Assembly (NCBI GenBank): GCA_018674175.1
Contig: JABHAT010000007.1
Location: 53,915 to 117,914 of the forward strand
DNA length: 64,000 nt
Source: Gammaproteobacteria bacterium
Lineage (GTDB): Bacteria; Pseudomonadota; Gammaproteobacteria; Poriferisulfidales; GCA-002705445
Direction of reading: 5' to 3'
Under the pieces are notes generated by a model. The model did not search any database. It was not told the origin of the DNA and worked only from the letters and a program-made list of their open reading frames with translations. A program made the position numbers and the translations under genes. Positions 57,934-64,000 of this stretch are shown one piece after another. Each line of letters begins with the position of its first letter. Position 1 is the first letter of the stretch.

Positions 57934-58722
57934 TTATATTATTATTTCTAAAACTATTTTTGTTCCAAAATATGACAAAAATAAAATAAAGAAGCCAATC
58001 AGAGTTATATTTGCAGCGTTTCTTCCTCTCCATCCGTATTTTTTTCTCCCGTATATCAATGACACAAAAATTACCCATGCCAAGATAGATAAAATTGTTT
58101 TATGTATTAAGTGTTGAGCAAAAATATCTTCTAAAAATATAAAACCAGACAAAAGGCTTGCGGATAAAAATATAACGCCAAGTGCTAATATCTTAAAAAG
58201 TAATTTATCCATGGCATCAAGAGATGGTAGCGATGCTATAATACCAATAGGTTTATTATCTTGTAATTTTTTTTCTTGTAGTATTAATATTAGCGATTGG
58301 GCTGCCGAAAGACATAAAATACTGTAACTAATTAATGAAATAATCACGTGCAAAAATAAAAAATTATTTAATGCCACATTGACTGGGTTATTAGAGAAAT
58401 CAAGCAAAAATATAGAAGATATAATTGGTAGTATAATTATTCCCAAATACTGAGTATTTCCTAAAATAGAAGATATATATAGTGTTAGAGATATAATGAA
58501 ACCAACTATTATTAGAGCATAATTTATTGATAGGTTGACGCTATAATTTTCATGAATTATAGGTAATATATTTAATATATGTCCAATAATTGCTAAAATC
58601 CAAAAAATCCAAACAAATATTTGAAGCGTATAATTTTTTTTATACGATGACATGAGTCGCCATATTGCAATAGCAGACAAAACGTAAAATAAAAAAATAA
58701 AAAAATTTAACATACTGATCAT
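57934..58722 (-). CDS. ypjD: cytochrome c assembly family (CcsA-like) inner membrane protein YpjD
   Basis: 262 aa with about 8 TMs. Pairing with the CorB-like gene mirrors E. coli. Confidence 0.7.
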   Translation of the reverse strand: MISMLNFFIFLFYVLSAIAIWRLMSSYKKNYTLQIFVWIFWILAIIGHILNILPIIHENYSVNLSINYALIIVGFIISLTLYISSILGNTQYLGIIILPIISSIFLLDFSNNPVNVALNNFLFLHVIISLISYSILCLSAAQSLILILQEKKLQDNKPIGIIASLPSLDAMDKLLFKILALGVIFLSASLLSGFIFLEDIFAQHLIHKTILSILAWVIFVSLIYGRKKYGWRGRNAANITLIGFFILFLSYFGTKIVLEIII

Positions 58723-58874
58723 TATAATGTGTTAGATTTAGCTAAATATATGTATTTATATGAAATATTCATTAATATATTATACATTTTTTTTTAGGTT
58801 ATGCATTTTTCATAAAATTAGCTAGGACATTATATTTACATTATAGTAATTAATAAAATATCAAATTTTTCAAA

Positions 58875-60770
58875 ATGACCATAAAAATAATTCTTATTAT
58901 AATCTCACTTATGTTTGCAATTACTAGTGAAGCCAAAAATTATGATTTAGAAAGAAATAAATATGTCAAAGCAATAAAATATTATAAGAACAAGAATTAC
59001 AAAAAATACCAAATTATCAAGAATGAGCTAAAAAGTTATCCTTTACATGCAAATTTAGAATACAAAGATTTACATAATAAAAAAAATATCAATGATGAGA
59101 AAGTAATAGAATTTATTGAAAAATATAAAAAAAGTTATATTTCTGAAAAAGCTTATATAAATTTAATATATAGGCTATCAAGTAAGGGGAAATTTGATAA
59201 ATTAATATCTAACTACAAAGATATAGATTCTACAGATTTACAATGCTTATTCATTAGAGCAAAAATTAAACAAAATTTTTTAAAAGATATCGATAAGGAG
59301 ATAATCCCAATATGGCTAAGTGCAAAATCTCAGCCAAAATCATGCGACTATAGTTTTCGTTGGTTTTATAAAAATAAAAAACTAACAGATGAACTTGTTT
59401 GGCAAAGAATCCAAATGGCATTGGATGCTAATAACTATTACCTCTCAAGATACTTAGTAAGGTTCTTGTCAAATAAAAATAAAATTTGGGCTAATCAATT
59501 ATTAAAAGTACACAGGAACCCTAAGAAAAATATAATTTCCAAAATTTATATTAAAGATAATAGATATAGAGATACTATACTTGGTCATGGTATAGCAAGA
59601 ATAGCAAAAAAAGATTACTTGTTAGCAAAAAAATATTTATTAAAGATAAAATCTTTATATGAAATATCAGACGATTTTTATAATAAAAAATTATTGGAAA
59701 TTTTTATTATTGCTTTGCAAAAAAATCAAAAAAATATTTTTAGCGATAAAGATATTTTGCTCTTGGGGTACAAAAGTACAGATTTTACTTTAGCATCTGC
59801 AAATTATGCAATATATAATTCGCTTTGGAATAAATTAATAGATTCTATAAATAGTCTCCCAAAATCAATTTCAAATAGCGAAAAATGGATATATTGGAAG
59901 GGTAAATCGCTATATAAACTTGAAAAAAATAAAGAATATAAGGTAGTTTTAGAAAAGCTGAGTAAAAATAGATCTTATTATGGTTTTTTATCCTCACACA
60001 TTTTGGAAAAACCTTTAAATATTACTGATATTCCGTATGAGGCAGATAAAAATTATTTACAAGAACTTAGTTCAAAATTTGAAATAAAAAGAATATATGA
60101 ACTCTATATGCTTGGTAAAAAAAGAGAAGCAAGAAAAGAGTTGCAGTATTTATTCAAGTATTCCGACATTAAAGATTTAAACTCTCTTAATGTTTTATTT
60201 AAAAATTGGGGTTGGAGTGAAGGAGCAATTTTAGGTTATGGAAATACAAAATATTTCGATGATGTTAAGGTTAGATTCCCAGTGCTGTATGAAAATTATT
60301 TTGATAAATATTCAGATTCTAATATTGAAAAAAGTCTCTTACTTGGCATTGCTAGAAAAGAGAGCATATTTATTCAATATGCAAAATCTTCAGCGGGAGC
60401 TTTAGGTATAATGCAGATCCTTCCCAGAACTGCTTATTGGGTTCTTAAGAAGGCAAAAATGAAAATGGTTTCAAAAAACTATCTTTATAATAAAAACATG
60501 AATATCTTTATTGGTTCTTATTATTTTAAATATTTATTTTCTAAAAAGAAAAGCTATGTAGAGTCAATCGCGTCTTATAATGCAGGATTAAATATTGTGA
60601 GCAAATGGCGAAAGCAAAATAATGCTCCAGAAGATGCTTGGATTGAATTCATTCCTTATAACGAAACAAGAAAATACGTTAAACTTGTAATTGAATATAG
60701 TTTAGTTTACGACTCAATCCTAAATAATAAGAATACAATAAGAGTTTCGCAATTAATAAATATTAATTAA
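58875..60770 (+). CDS. slt: soluble lytic murein transglycosylase (Slt70 family)
   Basis: Signal peptide, then a long superhelical N-domain, then a C-terminal lysozyme-like domain. The catalytic Glu is in IARKESIFIQ; also GALGIMQILPRTA and ASYNAG. Confidence 0.88.
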   Translation: MTIKIILIIISLMFAITSEAKNYDLERNKYVKAIKYYKNKNYKKYQIIKNELKSYPLHANLEYKDLHNKKNINDEKVIEFIEKYKKSYISEKAYINLIYRLSSKGKFDKLISNYKDIDSTDLQCLFIRAKIKQNFLKDIDKEIIPIWLSAKSQPKSCDYSFRWFYKNKKLTDELVWQRIQMALDANNYYLSRYLVRFLSNKNKIWANQLLKVHRNPKKNIISKIYIKDNRYRDTILGHGIARIAKKDYLLAKKYLLKIKSLYEISDDFYNKKLLEIFIIALQKNQKNIFSDKDILLLGYKSTDFTLASANYAIYNSLWNKLIDSINSLPKSISNSEKWIYWKGKSLYKLEKNKEYKVVLEKLSKNRSYYGFLSSHILEKPLNITDIPYEADKNYLQELSSKFEIKRIYELYMLGKKREARKELQYLFKYSDIKDLNSLNVLFKNWGWSEGAILGYGNTKYFDDVKVRFPVLYENYFDKYSDSNIEKSLLLGIARKESIFIQYAKSSAGALGIMQILPRTAYWVLKKAKMKMVSKNYLYNKNMNIFIGSYYFKYLFSKKKSYVESIASYNAGLNIVSKWRKQNNAPEDAWIEFIPYNETRKYVKLVIEYSLVYDSILNNKNTIRVSQLININ

Positions 60771-60776
60771 TGACAA

Positions 60777-62042
60777 TTATTTTAAAGCTTGTGTTAAATC
60801 TTCTAAGATATCATCAATGTGTTCTATACCAATAGATAGCCTTACCATATCTTCAGGTACTCCTGCAGCTTTTAATTCTTCTTTGTTTAATTGTCTATGT
60901 GTTGTGGAAGCTGGATGACAAGCTAATGATTTTGCGTCTCCAATATTAACCAATCTCACAATTAACTTTAACTTATCGATAAATTTTCCACCTGCTTCTG
61001 CGCCTCCTTTGATGCCAAAACTCATTACGGAAGAAGCTTTTCCATTCATGTACTTCTCAATTAGAGAATTATCAGGGTGTGATTTTAATCCTGGATAATT
61101 TACCCAGCCCACAGAATCATGTCTGTCTAAAAATTCTGCTACGGCTTCAGCGTTAGAGCAATGTCTATCCATTCTTACAGCGAGACTTTCTATGCCTTGT
61201 AAAATTTGAAAACTACTCATAGGTGAAATTGCACCACCCATATTTCTTAAAGGCACAACTCTAGCTCTAGTAATAAAGGCTGCTGAACCACAAGCATCGG
61301 CAAAAACTATTCCATGATAAGCTGGATCTGGAGTAGTTAGCATAGGAAATTTCTCTGAATTTGATTTCCAATCAAACTTCCCTGAATCAACTATCATCCC
61401 CCCAATTGTTGTACCATGCCCACATAAATATTTTGTCAATGAATGAATCACTATATCTGCACCATGCTCTATAGGCCTGCAAACATAAGGACTCGGCACG
61501 GTATTATCAATAAATAAAGGTATATTGTGTTTGTGCGCTAATTCCGAAATTTTACCAATATCGGTAACGTTAGCAGCAGGGTTGCCAATAGACTCACAGA
61601 ATATTAACTTAGTTTTAGAATCAATTTTTTTTTCAAGAGCCTCAAGATCTTTTACATCACCAAATCTAGTTTCGATGCCCATTTTAGGAAAAGTATCTTT
61701 GAAAAGGCTTACAGTCCCACCATAAAGTGAGCTTGTAGAGACAATATTATCACCATTTGTGGTGATATTTATTATTGCAGCTGAGATAGCAGCCATACCT
61801 GATGCAAATGCTAACCCCCCAATTCCTTTTTCCATAGCAGCAACTCGATCCTCAAGTACTTCAGTAGTAGGGTTTCCTATTCTGGTATATATATTACCTT
61901 TTACTTTAAGGTCAAATAGATCAGCCCCATGTTGAGTATCATCAAATGCATAAGATGCTGTTTGGTATATCGGAACAGCTACCGCTTTTGTAGTTTTTTC
62001 AGGTTCATAACCACCATGAATAGCAATTGTTTCAATTTTCAT
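60777..62042 (-). CDS. metY: O-acetylhomoserine sulfhydrylase (direct sulfhydrylation)
   Basis: Cys/Met-metabolism PLP enzyme. The N-terminus is ETIAIHGGYEP, and the PLP Lys lies in HSLTKYLCGHG. 421 aa. Confidence 0.88.
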   Translation of the reverse strand: MKIETIAIHGGYEPEKTTKAVAVPIYQTASYAFDDTQHGADLFDLKVKGNIYTRIGNPTTEVLEDRVAAMEKGIGGLAFASGMAAISAAIINITTNGDNIVSTSSLYGGTVSLFKDTFPKMGIETRFGDVKDLEALEKKIDSKTKLIFCESIGNPAANVTDIGKISELAHKHNIPLFIDNTVPSPYVCRPIEHGADIVIHSLTKYLCGHGTTIGGMIVDSGKFDWKSNSEKFPMLTTPDPAYHGIVFADACGSAAFITRARVVPLRNMGGAISPMSSFQILQGIESLAVRMDRHCSNAEAVAEFLDRHDSVGWVNYPGLKSHPDNSLIEKYMNGKASSVMSFGIKGGAEAGGKFIDKLKLIVRLVNIGDAKSLACHPASTTHRQLNKEELKAAGVPEDMVRLSIGIEHIDDILEDLTQALK

Positions 62043-62229
62043 AAGACCCTCTATTAAATAAGTATTAAATTCTCGTGAATTACTAACTATAATTATCGAA
62101 ATAATATCCCAAAGTAGGCGCGATTGTAATGTTTTTTTAAATTGTATGTGTAATTTTTAATAAATAAAGCTATAATAATTTCGAAATTTCTAGTATCAAT
62201 TTTTCAACCTAACGGAGTAAGTGTAAAAA

Positions 62230-62841
62230 ATGAAGTTTTCTATTTATGTAATTTGGTTCTTTCTTTTAAGTATTACCAATGTTTCTGCTGAAAAAACACC
62301 TGAAGAACTTTCGTCTACATGCTTAGGTTGTCATGGAGTGGTGAGTTATAACAATATTTATCCTACCTACAAAGTACCAAAATTAGGCAATCAACATAAA
62401 GATTATCTTGTTGCAGCTTTAAAAGCTTACAGGTCGGGAGAAAGGACTCATCTAACAATGAGAGCACATGCTTTTAATTTAAGTGATTCTGATATTGTAA
62501 AAATAGCAGAATATTTTTCCTCTATTAAATATCAAGAACAAGTAACAAATACTGCTGATATAGAAATGATTGAGGAAGCTAATTCATGCGTGGGTTGTCA
62601 TGGCGCAGATGGTAACAGTATGATTCCTACTTTCCCAAAAATTGCTGGTCAGTATCAAGACTATCTTTATCATGCTCTAAAAGCATATAAAAATGGCGAA
62701 AGAAATAATGCAATAATGAATGGTATTTCTAGTACGTTAAATGAAAAGCAAATGAAGAAACTTTCTAAATATTTCTCTTCTCAAAAAGGAATGCAAAAAA
62801 TAAACCAAGGTAGAATTGCTCTTAAAAAACTAGAAGACTAA
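62230..62841 (+). CDS. diheme cytochrome c4
   Basis: Signal peptide and two CxxCH motifs (CLGCHG, CVGCHG), each followed by the repeated block YL..ALKAY..GER. Confidence 0.88.
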   Translation: MKFSIYVIWFFLLSITNVSAEKTPEELSSTCLGCHGVVSYNNIYPTYKVPKLGNQHKDYLVAALKAYRSGERTHLTMRAHAFNLSDSDIVKIAEYFSSIKYQEQVTNTADIEMIEEANSCVGCHGADGNSMIPTFPKIAGQYQDYLYHALKAYKNGERNNAIMNGISSTLNEKQMKKLSKYFSSQKGMQKINQGRIALKKLED

Positions 62842-63071
62842 GATTTCTTTTCTTCACTAGTGTGTGTTTTTAAACTGATTGCATGAAGTTCACCGGATTT
62901 TATATACGCATCTAGCGCACTATAAACAATTTTATGTCTGCTTACAGTGTTAAGGTCCTTAAAACCATCAAAAATAATATTTGCAGTATATTTGCCTTCA
63001 CCACCATTAACATCTGCAATTGAACCCTCTAAGGAATTCTCAATTAAATTTTTTATTTTATCTGTATCCAT
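62838..63071 (-). CDS. ibaG: BolA-family protein, IbaG-like
   Basis: 77 aa. The pattern ...VSRHKIVYSALDAYIKSGELHAISLKTHT parallels E. coli IbaG ...[32 protein letters not shown]. Confidence 0.7.
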   Translation of the reverse strand: MDTDKIKNLIENSLEGSIADVNGGEGKYTANIIFDGFKDLNTVSRHKIVYSALDAYIKSGELHAISLKTHTSEEKKS

Positions 63072-63147
63072 TATTTTTATCTTTATCCTTTAGAGTAAAA
63101 ATTGTATATTAATATTAAGTTTAATACTGAAAAAAATCTACAATAAT

Positions 63148-63870
63148 ATGTTATTTAAACAACTATTTGAAAACGAATCATCAACATATACCTATTTGAT
63201 ATCATGTCAAGAAAAACAGGAGGCAATACTAATAGATCCTGTTCTAGAAACTTTAGATAGAGATCTTAAAATCCTAGAATCAATGGGTTTAAAATTGACA
63301 TATGCAATTGATACCCATATTCATGCGGATCATGTAACTAGCGCGTCTGCACTAAGAGAAATAACAAAATGTAAAGTTGCAGGTCCAGCTAATGATAAAT
63401 TAAAGTGTAGGGATATTAATTTTAAAAACAGAGACAGTTTAATAATTGGTAATAGTTTAAAACTAGAGGCAATTCATACGCCAGGGCATACAGAAGCACA
63501 TTTTTCATATGTTTTAAATAATAAATTTGATAAATTCTTGTTTTCAGGTGATGCGCTTTTAATTAATACATGTGGAAGAACAGATTTCCAATCTGGATCG
63601 TCCGAAGAATTATTTAACACAATTAAAAAAACATTTTATTCAATGCCAAATGAAACTAGAATATATCCAGCTCATGACTATAATAATAATAATGTCACAA
63701 CAATCAGAGAACAAAAAAAATATAATACTTTAATAAATGAGAATATTAAAATTAGAGATTTTGTAAATAATATGTCAAATTTAAATTTAGATAAACCGAA
63801 AAAAATTGATTTTGCAGTACCACAAAACAATAAATGTGGGGCTAATGATTTGCATGAAAGAAATCTTTAG
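63148..63870 (+). CDS. ETHE1-like persulfide dioxygenase (metallo-beta-lactamase fold)
   Basis: Collinear by eye with human ETHE1: FKQLFENESSTYTYLI, EAILIDPVLETLDRD, THIHADH, TPGHT, GDALLINTCGRTDFQ, YPAHDY and LNLDKPKKIDFAVPQNNKCG. Confidence 0.85.
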   Translation: MLFKQLFENESSTYTYLISCQEKQEAILIDPVLETLDRDLKILESMGLKLTYAIDTHIHADHVTSASALREITKCKVAGPANDKLKCRDINFKNRDSLIIGNSLKLEAIHTPGHTEAHFSYVLNNKFDKFLFSGDALLINTCGRTDFQSGSSEELFNTIKKTFYSMPNETRIYPAHDYNNNNVTTIREQKKYNTLINENIKIRDFVNNMSNLNLDKPKKIDFAVPQNNKCGANDLHERNL

Positions 63871-64000
63871 TCATTTCTGTTATTTTATTAACATCAATCA
63901 AATCCTTTCTCCACCCATTAATTAACCTTGAGTTTTTATCATTATTTTTTAAGTAACTTAGGATCATTTTCTTAGGAGATACAATCTGATAGGAAATATT
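63842..64000 (-). CDS. 3' end of an unidentified minus-strand gene continuing beyond the window
   Basis: My translation of the reverse strand gives an open frame of 52 codons to the window edge (...SPKKMILSYLKNNDKNSRLINGWRKDLIDVNKITEMTKDFFHANH*). A frame this long is unlikely by chance in such AT-rich, stop-rich DNA. It would overlap the ETHE1-like gene 3' end by 29 nt. No family was recognised. Confidence 0.35.
   Translation of the reverse strand, partial: NISYQIVSPKKMILSYLKNNDKNSRLINGWRKDLIDVNKITEMTKDFFHANH

Noticed and set aside
62043-62229. Possible SAM-II/SAM-V-type riboswitch in the ~150-nt leader of metY
   Set aside because: I looked for the pseudoknot hallmark, an AAAGCU-type 3' segment pairing with an upstream stem-loop, and found no convincing arrangement. 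The only AGCTTT lies at the probable transcription start. An Infernal scan is needed before any claim is made.

Overview
This window is very AT-rich and extremely gene-dense. It looks like chromosomal core sequence from a genome-streamlined gammaproteobacterium. Supporting markers are LpoA, SspA, BamC/BamD, ZapD, rnpB just upstream of mraZ, and the PVWY Qo motif in cytochrome b. I call about 63 protein genes plus RNase P RNA. In order they are: a partial RND exporter and an MlaC-like protein; murA; hisG-(DAHP synthase)-hisD-hisC; petABC-sspA; an FAD oxidase and lpoA opposite rsmI; rnpB; and a near-complete dcw cluster (mraZ rsmH ftsL ftsI ... murE murF mraY murD ftsW murG murC murB ddl ftsQ ftsA). 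These are followed by lpxC, a DUF721-like gene, an M23 peptidase, secA, argJ, a ThiE-like gene, zapD-coaE, nadE, bamD/rluD-pgeF, an orphan periplasmic binding protein, proS, a LysR regulator, bcp, dapA-bamC, folE2, dxs-ispA-xseB, fdhD, corB-ypjD, slt, metY, cytochrome c4, ibaG and an ETHE1-like dioxygenase. Genes overlap by 1-20 nt at many junctions, and several convergent pairs share stop codons. I found no tRNA or rRNA genes, CRISPR arrays, IS elements, integrases or recognisable defence or toxin islands, so I read this as housekeeping DNA rather than an accessory region. The main oddities are departures from a highly conserved gene order. (1) ftsZ has moved from the ftsA-lpxC slot to between ftsI and murE, and it carries an untracked 44-codon entericidin-family lipoprotein gene. 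(2) An RND exporter plus MlaC-like pair sits where mlaFEDCB-ibaG normally precedes murA. (3) A DAHP synthase is embedded in the his operon. (4) ProRS lacks its INS editing domain. (5) XseB is tandemly duplicated. (6) An orphan binding-protein gene has atypical composition and a long structured leader. All family calls come from reading the translations by eye and from memory of reference sequences. No searches were run.
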